Shown in pieces: positions 29,052-37,685 of a stretch of DNA of 64,000 nt; positions within the stretch are counted from its first letter, which is position 1, and each line of letters begins with the position of its first letter. Under the pieces are notes generated by a model. That model saw only the letters and a program-made list of their open reading frames with translations, did no database searches and was not told where the DNA came from. Source of the stretch: Gemmatales bacterium. GTDB lineage: Bacteria; Planctomycetota; Planctomycetia; Gemmatales; HRBIN36. The stretch spans positions 130,342 to 194,341 of the forward strand of contig JBEPZY010000009.1 of NCBI GenBank assembly GCA_041640595.1, written 5' to 3'. A program made the position numbers and the translations under genes.

Positions 29052-29867
29052 ATGGCTCATGTAGTACAGGTGGGTGCCGGAAGTGGTGGAATGGTCGTTC
29101 TCGACCTGCTGGCGCGTGAGCCAGTTGTCTCGCGCATCACCATCATCGAACCGGACATCTATAAACCCCACAACGTGGTTCGGCATTATTTCCCCAGAGA
29201 AGCGGCTGGTGCCCATAAAACCGAACTGGCACGCCAGTGGTTGTCAGCACTCCGGCCGGAACTTGAGGTGCACTGTCTGGAAGCAGATTTGCTGAACCCA
29301 GCGGCGCAAGCCCAAATCGAAGAACTCGTAGCGACCGCTGATATTGGCGTGTGCGCTGTGGATAATGAGCCGGCGAAATATCACTGGGACGGCTTGATGC
29401 GGAAATACAAAAAGCCGTGGACACTCGGGGAGGTATTGAGTGGCGGCATTGGGGGCTTTGTGCACCTGTTTCGACCGGATGGCCCATGCTACGGGTGTGT
29501 GGCCAGTTATCTAAAGCGCAGCGTGGAGACGGATAACTCTCCTCCGCCTGATTATTCCCAGCCCGGTGGGCCGGTCTATGAGGTTACGATACCGGCGACC
29601 AAGGCAGCCATCACGGCGATCGCCAGTTTGCATGCCCTGGTAACGCTGGAACTATTGCAGGATCGCAACTACGATCCTGGCTTTACCAGCGTTTTGTTGA
29701 CGTTGCGGAGAGTACCGCAGGTGTTTGAGGAAGTCTTGCGACCTTATCGCTTCCGCATTGAGCGAATGCGGGAGTGTTTGTTCTGTGGAGAAGCGGCAAC
29801 AGCAGGCGCCGCGGAGGACCTCGATGTGGCGTTGGCTCAGGCTCTTGACCGGTTGGCACATGCGTGA
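29052..29867 (+). CDS. ThiF/MoeB/E1-like adenylyltransferase
   Basis: GAGSGG nucleotide loop, PD...HNVVRH, KTE, AVDN, and Zn-binding pairs CYGC and CLFC. Confidence 0.9.
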   Translation: MAHVVQVGAGSGGMVVLDLLAREPVVSRITIIEPDIYKPHNVVRHYFPREAAGAHKTELARQWLSALRPELEVHCLEADLLNPAAQAQIEELVATADIGVCAVDNEPAKYHWDGLMRKYKKPWTLGEVLSGGIGGFVHLFRPDGPCYGCVASYLKRSVETDNSPPPDYSQPGGPVYEVTIPATKAAITAIASLHALVTLELLQDRNYDPGFTSVLLTLRRVPQVFEEVLRPYRFRIERMRECLFCGEAATAGAAEDLDVALAQALDRLAHA

Positions 29868-31113
29868 CTGGCTGGCGCATACTTTCAGCTCGCTGCCTCT
29901 GGTAACCGCACCACAGGTGCGGAGCCTGCGCATCAGCTGGAAGAAAAACGGTCTGGAATTCGATACCGTACCGGTTTTGGGCACGGCTGACGAAATCATT
30001 GTTCGAGCGGAGTTGCGGTATTCCTCATCCACACCCGCCCGCAAGGCCGACCTGCGTTTGCGAGTGGGTCGGCAAAATGTCCCGCCGGAGAGTCTGGTTC
30101 TCGCTGAATCCGCCGGCCGGCTGAACATACACGTCTGCGAGTTTCGTCTGGAGCCGCTTGAAAGTAGCGAGACGGTGGAGCTCTGCTGGCAGGGTCAACT
30201 CCTGTGCCAGGCAGCTTTACCTGTGCTGCCCTTGCGTCAATTCGTAGAGCAGTTGCAGCTGGTACAACCCACCCTGTATGTTACCTTGCGTTCCAACGCC
30301 AGCACCGACGCGACTGTTTGCGAACACACGGTGCCATGCTCGAAATATCCGCGGATCCAGGGTCGGCATGTGCTTGCCAGTGCCCAACTGATAAGCCCGA
30401 CGCCGCTGGTAGGTTTGCTCGATTGCCAGCCGGTTATTCGCTTCCACGAACGGTCAACCGGTCAGTGCTGGGAGGTGCCTTTGCGGCTGAGCGCTGAACA
30501 GTTGCAGGCACGGCAGGCCCTGGTAACCGTACAATGTCCTGTCCGACCCCGCCGTCTTAGCAGCTGGAAAGTCGAGTGGCGGTTGTTGCAGAAGACCCTG
30601 GCCTGTTGCGACCTGGAGGTACGATCCATGCGCTCGCTGCACCGCTACATCGAACTGGTCGAATCCTACTTCCTTTGCTCCGAAGAGAAAGGCAACCGCA
30701 TCCGCTTGGAACGGCGATTACCCAAGCAATTATCCTGCTCGCGCGTCGGACCGTGCTTTTTGCTGCGCAGCAGAGAAACAGGCTTTCCTTTCCTGATGCG
30801 CGTGGAAGTATTCGCTACGCCTCGTAATGGCGGCGAACCAGTCAAACTGGCCAGCGAGGAAATTCTGGTCAGCGATGCACCAACCCCTTATGTGCCCGGC
30901 ACGATAGCGGTGCACGACCTGAGCGACCTGGCTTCCTTTGAGCTTCGCAGTAACGGGTACACCATCGGCCATCTGCCTATCTCACCCGCTCCCAGCGCCA
31001 AAATTAACGCTGAAGGGGCGATTGAATCAGTTCCGGAGGATAACCGGAGCTGGTCGCGAAGTGACGAGGACGAGTTGAATGAGCGACTTAACCGCCTGAT
31101 GGAATCTCCGTAA
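29824..31113 (+). CDS. Beta-strand-rich hypothetical protein overlapping the E1 gene
   Basis: GGAGG 6 nt before the ATG at 29824 (alternative ATG at 29860); long ORF; no signal peptide or TM segment seen. Confidence 0.72.
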   Translation: MWRWLRLLTGWHMRDWLAHTFSSLPLVTAPQVRSLRISWKKNGLEFDTVPVLGTADEIIVRAELRYSSSTPARKADLRLRVGRQNVPPESLVLAESAGRLNIHVCEFRLEPLESSETVELCWQGQLLCQAALPVLPLRQFVEQLQLVQPTLYVTLRSNASTDATVCEHTVPCSKYPRIQGRHVLASAQLISPTPLVGLLDCQPVIRFHERSTGQCWEVPLRLSAEQLQARQALVTVQCPVRPRRLSSWKVEWRLLQKTLACCDLEVRSMRSLHRYIELVESYFLCSEEKGNRIRLERRLPKQLSCSRVGPCFLLRSRETGFPFLMRVEVFATPRNGGEPVKLASEEILVSDAPTPYVPGTIAVHDLSDLASFELRSNGYTIGHLPISPAPSAKINAEGAIESVPEDNRSWSRSDEDELNERLNRLMESP

Positions 31114-31116
31114 GGC

Positions 31117-32514
31117 TCAGGCGAAAACCTCTTCCACTACCTGCCCTGCGGAGATAGGCAAAGGTCGGTTCAGCCGGTCGAACACTTCGGCATGAGGATC
31201 TAATCCGAGTGCGGCAAACATGGTGGCGGCCAGGTCATCCGGTTTGACGGGATTGGCAGTGGGCCAGGCCCCGTAACGATCCGAGGTTCCGTACGCAAAA
31301 CCGCGTTTGACGCCGCCCCCAGCAAGAATCACTGAGTAGCACTGCGGCCAGTGATCACGACCGGCAATGTTGTTGATGCGTGGCGTCCGGCCAAATTCTC
31401 CGGCCCAAACCACCAGGGTGGTGTCCAGCAAACCACGAGCTTCCAGGTCCTCTATCAATGTCGGCAACGCCTGGTCGGTGATGGGCAAGAGATAGTTCTT
31501 CAGAATCGGGTACATCGGGTGGCCATTGAAGCCATGCGTATCCCAGCCGCCGGTGTTTCCCTGGCCACCGATGTTGGGGGCGAAATAAACATTGACAAAT
31601 CGCACACCCGCTTCGACCAACCGCCGGGCCAGCAAACAGCTCTGCCCATAAGTGGTTCGTCCGTAACGATCCCGTAAGCTGGCCGGTTCTTTGGACAAGT
31701 CAAATGCCTCGCGCACCTTGGGGGACGTGAGTAAGGCAATCGCACGCTGGTAGTACTCGTCCAGGCCTTTTGCAGTAGCCGAGTAATCGAGCAGGCACCG
31801 TTGCTGGTCAATCAGCCGCAGCACTTGCCGCCGATCTTCCAGCCGATCCAGAGTCAGTCCTGCCGGCAGAGACAGTTCGGGTAGATGAAAATTCGGGCTG
31901 TTTGGGTCCTGGCCAACGAAGAACGGATCGTGCTTGCGGCCCAGGAAGCTGGCGTGCTGCCCAGGTGTCGCGGTCCCGTCAGCAATGATGTGCGGGAGCG
32001 CCACGAATGTCGGTATCCCAGGACGGGACGGCAGGAAATAGTCCACCACCGAACCATAGGCGGGAAACAACTCCGGCGAGTCCTGCAGACGGATATCATC
32101 TGTCGGCGGAGCATGACCGGTGAGAGAGTAATAGCCTGCGGGATTGTGATTCGTCGCGGTATGGCTCATCGTGCGGATGACCGTCAACCGATCCGCTACC
32201 TGTCCTAATCGGGGCAGGCGGTCGGTGAACAGTATTCCTGGTGCTTTCGTGGGCACCGCCTGAAACTCCCCTCGTACTTCCGCAGGGGCATTCGGTTTAG
32301 GATCCAGCGTATCCAGGTGGCTTGGCCCACCCCACTGGTGTAAGAAAATCACCGCCTGAGCTCGTGCTCTCCGCTTCCCCCGCTTATTCGTTTCAGCTCG
32401 CAAGCACTGCGGCAGGCTCAGCCCCACTAATCCCAGCGTCCCGACACGCAACAGGTCCCGGCGTGTGTATCGGCTGCGGTGAAAGTCTGGGCAGGCAAAA
32501 CTTCTCTGCACCAT
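31117..32514 (-). CDS. DUF1501 domain protein with a Tat-like leader
   Basis: TRRDLL, GGPSHLDT.DPKP, CLLARRLVEAGV, GWDTH, GEFGRTP and GRDHWP. Confidence 0.93.
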   Translation of the reverse strand: MVQRSFACPDFHRSRYTRRDLLRVGTLGLVGLSLPQCLRAETNKRGKRRARAQAVIFLHQWGGPSHLDTLDPKPNAPAEVRGEFQAVPTKAPGILFTDRLPRLGQVADRLTVIRTMSHTATNHNPAGYYSLTGHAPPTDDIRLQDSPELFPAYGSVVDYFLPSRPGIPTFVALPHIIADGTATPGQHASFLGRKHDPFFVGQDPNSPNFHLPELSLPAGLTLDRLEDRRQVLRLIDQQRCLLDYSATAKGLDEYYQRAIALLTSPKVREAFDLSKEPASLRDRYGRTTYGQSCLLARRLVEAGVRFVNVYFAPNIGGQGNTGGWDTHGFNGHPMYPILKNYLLPITDQALPTLIEDLEARGLLDTTLVVWAGEFGRTPRINNIAGRDHWPQCYSVILAGGGVKRGFAYGTSDRYGAWPTANPVKPDDLAATMFAALGLDPHAEVFDRLNRPLPISAGQVVEEVFA

Positions 32515-32730
32515 AGTCAGTCTCCAGGGCAGGTCTGATGGTGGCAGGTATTGGTGGTAGGAAGTTGGTGGAAGCCGTGCACTTATAATTTCGGCACTGA
32601 CTCGCGCGTGTTCACGATTAATCTACCAGCTAAGCTCCGACTCGGCCAGTCGGGCTTCAGAGTCAGTACGGGTGTCGGGCTCAGGCTCGGTTCAACTTGG
32701 GTTTACCGCCAAGGACTGCCAATAGCCGGA

Positions 32731-34071
32731 TCAGGCTTGCAATTTCCAACCGGATCGCGGCTCGCGCAATAGATAAGCGTTCGCCTCACCATCTTCAAAG
32801 ACCAGAACTTTTTTGACCGGGTCGTAACCGCGGAAGCACCGCTCCTGATTCGCATCCCAGTAAATTTTCCGACCGACGCGGTAGCTGATATTGGCAAGAT
32901 GGCAGACCGCTGTGGCGTAGTGCATATCTTCGATGGACGAGTTCGGCAGTTTGGAACGGTTGCGGATACATTCCAGGAAATTCTGTACGTGAGCGAAGTG
33001 TTGCTCGGAACCGGGGAATTTTTCCTGCGCTCCATCCTTCCAGGTCACCATCCACCCACCCCGATCCAGTGTCAGGGTTCCCTGAGTGCCGACAAATTCC
33101 ATACCGTGATGGCGACCGCCAAAACCGCCGTGCATGCGACCCTGCCGCACCGTGTACAGGTGCACAAATGTCGGATATTCGTAGGTAACGTCCAGAGTGT
33201 CTGGGGTGTCGCTAATGTCTTTCATCTCGTGCTTGCCACCGCAGGCGTGTACCGCGAGAGGAGCTTTCACCTGCATGGCCCACAAAATAACGTCGTTCAA
33301 ATGCACACCCCAATCCAGACAAAGCCCGTTGCCGTAATCCCAGAACCACCGGAAGTGGTGATGAAAACGGGCCCGATTGAAGGGACGTTTGGGCGCTGGC
33401 CCAAGCCAGAGATCGTAATTGACACCCGGCGGTGGGCTCGGTTCATCCGCAGGATTACCGCATCCTGTGGGCGGATAGTTATTGGTGATCCATGTCCGGC
33501 AAAGATAAACGTGCCCCAGTTTGCCTGAGCGGACGAAATGGACAGCGTCTCGAAAATGTGCACCGCTGCGTTGCTGGGTTCCAATCTGGCACACGCGCTT
33601 CTGCTGCTGCACCGCCTTGACCATTGCCCGACCTTCGACGATGCTGTGGGCCAGGGGCTTCTCGCAATAAATATCCACACCTTGCCCATTCCGCCCGGCA
33701 TAACAAGCGTGGATCAGCGCATAAGCATGATGATGGTCGGGAGTCGCAATGATGACCGCATCGAGGTCCTTACGTTCGTCCAGCATTTTGCGGTAGTCTT
33801 CGTAAACGGCGACGGAATCCGTGGGCCGACCAGCTTTCTTCAGGTCGTCCATCGCACCTGCGATCTGGTTTTTATCCACATCGCACAATGCCACGCACAC
33901 AAAGTCCGGGAGGCGAACAAAATCCCGAAGATTGGCTCGCCCCATGCCCCCGCAGCCGATCAGAGCAAATGTGATCTTTTCCGAAGGTGGTACGCTGCGT
34001 TTTTCCTGGGCGGCCAGCCAGGCCGTGGTCGCGGTGGCAGCAGCCTGTACGACGAACTCTCTTCGGTTCAT
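32731..34071 (-). CDS. Gfo/Idh/MocA family oxidoreductase (Tat-exported)
   Basis: NRREF leader, IGCGGMG, ATPDHHH, YCEKP, QIGTQQRS and DWGVH. Confidence 0.93.
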   Translation of the reverse strand: MNRREFVVQAAATATTAWLAAQEKRSVPPSEKITFALIGCGGMGRANLRDFVRLPDFVCVALCDVDKNQIAGAMDDLKKAGRPTDSVAVYEDYRKMLDERKDLDAVIIATPDHHHAYALIHACYAGRNGQGVDIYCEKPLAHSIVEGRAMVKAVQQQKRVCQIGTQQRSGAHFRDAVHFVRSGKLGHVYLCRTWITNNYPPTGCGNPADEPSPPPGVNYDLWLGPAPKRPFNRARFHHHFRWFWDYGNGLCLDWGVHLNDVILWAMQVKAPLAVHACGGKHEMKDISDTPDTLDVTYEYPTFVHLYTVRQGRMHGGFGGRHHGMEFVGTQGTLTLDRGGWMVTWKDGAQEKFPGSEQHFAHVQNFLECIRNRSKLPNSSIEDMHYATAVCHLANISYRVGRKIYWDANQERCFRGYDPVKKVLVFEDGEANAYLLREPRSGWKLQA

Positions 34072-34277
34072 GGTTTGGCTCCGTTTTGTGTGGTCTGTAT
34101 CGTTCAACCGTTAGCTTACTTCTTCAGCAAGCCATCTGCCAGCGGTTGGTTGCAAATGCCAGCGGGTAGTCGAATCCGATCAGTTTGTCGGATGTGGCCA
34201 TCCTGTGTGTGGTGGGTGGTTGGCCTAGAATAAAGCAAACACTTGGATGAAACGCAGTCTCTGTGCGAGGAGACACC

Positions 34278-35411
34278 ATGGGGATATCGCTGAGCTTGCT
34301 GGAGCGAGCTACCGCCTCCGAAAAACTTCCGGCCAGCGATCTGGCCGTGTATCGCGTTATGCCGCAGGAGGAGTTGATCGAGCGTTGCTGGTCGGCTAAA
34401 CGCCGCCTGGGGCAGGAATTACTGATTCTCGGCCACCATTATCAGCAGGATGAAGTGATTCAGTTTGCCGACCTGCGCGGCGATAGTTACAAACTTTCCA
34501 GCGAGGCAGCCAAACGTGCTGAGTGCAGGTACATCGTTTTCTGCGGCGTGCATTTCATGGCTGAGACGGCGGACATCTTAACGCCGCCCGAAGTGGTAGT
34601 GATTTTGCCCGATCTCGCCGCTGGTTGCAGTATGGCCGACATGGCCGACCTTGATTCCGTCGAGTCCTGCTGGGAGCAACTCGGTGAGGTTATTGACCTC
34701 AATGATATCCTGCCCATCACCTACATCAATTCCAGCGCTGACCTGAAGGCATTTTGCGGTAAGCTGGGTGGCCTGGTATGCACGTCCAGTAATGCTCGTG
34801 CTGCTCTCGCATGGGGTTTTGCTCGACGTAGCAAGATCCTGTTCTTCCCCGATCAGCACCTGGGTCGCAATACTGCCCGTCGCATGGGTATCTCCTTAGA
34901 CGAAATGTGCGTTTGGGACCCGGAGTTGCCTTTTGGCGGCAACGAACCTGCACAATTGCAAAGGTGCCGATTGATTCTGTGGAAAGGTCATTGCAGCGTC
35001 CATCAGATGTTCAAGCCCCAGCATGTCGCCTGGTTCCGCAAGCAATATCCAGATATAAAGATTCTGGTGCATCCTGAATGCATGATGGAGGTCGTTGACC
35101 AGGCCGATCTGGTCGGTTCCACCGAATTCATCATCAAAACCATCCGCGAAGCCGCGCCGGGTTCCCGTTGGGCTATCGGCACGGAATTGCACCTGGTCAA
35201 TCGTCTGAAAAAGGAGCATCAGGACAAAGAAATTCACTTTCTCTCCAACATGGTCTGCATGTGCGCGACCATGTATCGCATAGATTTGCCCCACCTGTGC
35301 TGGGCGCTGGAAAATTTAGTCGCGGGCAGAATCGTCAATCAGATCATCGTGCGGGAACCGACCCGCACCTGGGCGCGGCTGGCCCTGGAACGTATGTTAG
35401 AGATTCGCTAA
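34278..35411 (+). CDS. nadA: Quinolinate synthase
   Basis: LGHHYQ, FCGVHFMAE, AGCSMAD, YINSSA, CSVH, VHPEC and CMCATM. Confidence 0.96.
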   Translation: MGISLSLLERATASEKLPASDLAVYRVMPQEELIERCWSAKRRLGQELLILGHHYQQDEVIQFADLRGDSYKLSSEAAKRAECRYIVFCGVHFMAETADILTPPEVVVILPDLAAGCSMADMADLDSVESCWEQLGEVIDLNDILPITYINSSADLKAFCGKLGGLVCTSSNARAALAWGFARRSKILFFPDQHLGRNTARRMGISLDEMCVWDPELPFGGNEPAQLQRCRLILWKGHCSVHQMFKPQHVAWFRKQYPDIKILVHPECMMEVVDQADLVGSTEFIIKTIREAAPGSRWAIGTELHLVNRLKKEHQDKEIHFLSNMVCMCATMYRIDLPHLCWALENLVAGRIVNQIIVREPTRTWARLALERMLEIR

Positions 35412-35475
35412 AACGGTATTGGAGACTGTGGCCAGGTCTGCATCCAAGGCACTCAGGAACAAGGAAGGACAAGCC

Positions 35476-36486
35476 ATGGCCAGCAACCGTTTACCTATCG
35501 TTCCCCTGCATGCCTTGCCAGTCGGACAGATGGCAGACTGTTTCGCCTTGCTTGCCGAAAAAAGTCGTCAGGCTACCCGCGACGGCAAGGTTTTTTATAG
35601 CTGCCGCTTTCGAGATAAACTCCGCAGTGTTACTTGCACCATCTGGTCGGATGGCCCCTGGTTTGAAGCCTGCGAACGTGTTTGGAAAGAGGGCGAATGT
35701 TATAAGTTGCGCGTCATCTATAGCGAACACGACCGCTTTGGTCCGCAGATTGAGTTACATAACATCCGACCAGTTACCGAGGCCGATCGCGCCGATGGTT
35801 TCGACCTCGCCCAATTGCTGGAATCGTCACGTTTTCCTGTGGAACAACTCTGGAGCGAGCTCACGCAACTTATAGAGAAAGAATTGCATGACCCCTGGCG
35901 GCAACTCGTTCGCCAGGTGCTGAGCACATACGAAACGAAACTCAAAAGATTGCCTGCTTCCGAAAAACATTACTATCCGTTTCTGGGCGGCTGGTTAGAA
36001 CATACCCTTTCCGTGTGCCGATTGGTAAGCTGGCTCGCCGAATATTACCACCACTATTATCCCGACCTGCAACCCCCCATTAATCGCGACTTAGTGCTCA
36101 CAGCGGCCATTTTACACGAAATCGGTCGCGTCCTGGAGTTCGGCGATGAACTCGCTCAGCCGCAACCCACTGTGTCGGGCCGATTATTAGGCGCGACCAC
36201 TCTGGCACGAGACCTCATTCACCAGGCGGCCCAGCAGGTACCTGAGCTAAATCCTGAGCAACTTCTGCTGCTCGATCACCTTATCCTTTCTTATCTCGCA
36301 TTACCGGAGTGGGGTTCAGTCCGGTTACCAATGATACCGGAGGCCTTGATCCTTCACCACGCCGATGATTTAGACGCTAAAATGGAAATGTATTGTCGCT
36401 GTTTGAGCCGTGATACTAATCCCGGAGCGTTCACCGCACGCGATCCCATTTTGGGGCGACCTCTCCTCAAGCAGCGCACCTGCTAA
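35476..36486 (+). CDS. OB-fold plus HD-domain protein, YhaM/Cbf1-like 3'-5' exoribonuclease family
   Basis: N-terminal OB fold, GGWLEHT, LHEIG and ILHHADDLDAK. Confidence 0.8.
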   Translation: MASNRLPIVPLHALPVGQMADCFALLAEKSRQATRDGKVFYSCRFRDKLRSVTCTIWSDGPWFEACERVWKEGECYKLRVIYSEHDRFGPQIELHNIRPVTEADRADGFDLAQLLESSRFPVEQLWSELTQLIEKELHDPWRQLVRQVLSTYETKLKRLPASEKHYYPFLGGWLEHTLSVCRLVSWLAEYYHHYYPDLQPPINRDLVLTAAILHEIGRVLEFGDELAQPQPTVSGRLLGATTLARDLIHQAAQQVPELNPEQLLLLDHLILSYLALPEWGSVRLPMIPEALILHHADDLDAKMEMYCRCLSRDTNPGAFTARDPILGRPLLKQRTC

Positions 36487-36593
36487 AACCTCATCCCCTG
36501 CGATAGCCGCCAACTTCACGCACAGATACTTGGCCACTTAGGCAGCGAGTGTTGGGCCAATTGAGTCGAACTATTGACAGCGGGAGTCTAAAC

Positions 36594-37517
36594 ATGACAG
36601 AACTGGACTTAATTTCGTGGCTGCGCAAACGCCTCCCGATGAAAACCGAGACCGTATCCGTGGGTATTGGCGATGATGCAGCGGTGCTGGCCTGGCCTGG
36701 CGACGAACGCCTGGTGATCACCACCGACATGTTATTAGAAGGCACTTGCTTTTTGCCAGAGCATGGCTGGAGGCGAATAGGTCGCAAAGCCCTGGCCGTC
36801 AATCTAAGCGATCTCGCAGCTATGGCGGCAGAACCTGTGGCAGCGGTAGTTAGTCTGGCGATTCCTCGCACTATGTCGTTGGAGGCAGTAAAAGAATGCT
36901 ACGAAGGGATGTTTAGTTTAGCGGATGAATTTAGCGTTGCTATTGTGGGAGGCGACACTAACTCCTGGAATGGGCCGCTCGCCATTAATATAACTGCGTG
37001 TGGCCGCGTAAATGGACAGGGACCTGTTTTACGCCGTGGCGCGCAAGCAGGGGATTGGCTTTTTGTGACTGGCAGATTAGGGGGGAGCATTCTGGGCAAG
37101 CATCTTGATTTCGTTCCTCGTATCCGCGAGGCACGCCGTTTAGTTCAGACCGTCCGTGTGCACGCCATGATTGATCTGAGCGACGGCCTGGCTCGCGACC
37201 TGCATCAGTTGTGTCAGGAAAGCCAATGTGGAGCGGTTATTTATGCCGACCAAGTACCGATCAGCGCTGAAGCGAAAATGTTACAGGACGGACGAACTCC
37301 GCTATTGCACGCCTTATCAGATGGTGAGGACTTCGAGTTGCTGTTTGCTGTTAGTCCCGAAGATGGTGCTAAATTGCTCAGAGATCAACCGTTGCAGGAC
37401 CTGGGAACCAGTCTCTACCACATCGGTATTTGCATCCGCGACGGTATCTATATTCGCTATGAGAACGGTCGCCAGGAAAGTTTACCGCCGCTCGGATACC
37501 TTCACGAATTCGGCTAA
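36594..37517 (+). CDS. thiL: Thiamine-monophosphate kinase
   Basis: GIGDDAA, VNLSDLAAM, GGDT, IDLSDGL and GEDFELL. Confidence 0.95.
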   Translation: MTELDLISWLRKRLPMKTETVSVGIGDDAAVLAWPGDERLVITTDMLLEGTCFLPEHGWRRIGRKALAVNLSDLAAMAAEPVAAVVSLAIPRTMSLEAVKECYEGMFSLADEFSVAIVGGDTNSWNGPLAINITACGRVNGQGPVLRRGAQAGDWLFVTGRLGGSILGKHLDFVPRIREARRLVQTVRVHAMIDLSDGLARDLHQLCQESQCGAVIYADQVPISAEAKMLQDGRTPLLHALSDGEDFELLFAVSPEDGAKLLRDQPLQDLGTSLYHIGICIRDGIYIRYENGRQESLPPLGYLHEFG

Positions 37518-37685
37518 CGAGAATCCTTGCGGTCCGCGAATAAGTACATTATCAGAAGCCGGCAATACGCGCTGGTGTATGCTGTACTAATAAAAACAAG
37601 CCGGGGCATCCAAGCCCCGGTGGAACAAGCACGCTGGCATTTTGGGGAAGCAAAGGCCGGGCTTAGTTCGCCCTGCGAAGCGGCG

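Noticed and set aside
26914..29867. Reading the cluster as CBASS or as thiamine/molybdopterin/cysteine sulfur transfer
   Set aside because: No CD-NTase or effector, no ThiS/MoaD/CysO carrier, no rhodanese domain and no pathway genes are adjacent. thiL, 7 kb away, is in a separate unit, and sulfur-relay operons do not need an E2.
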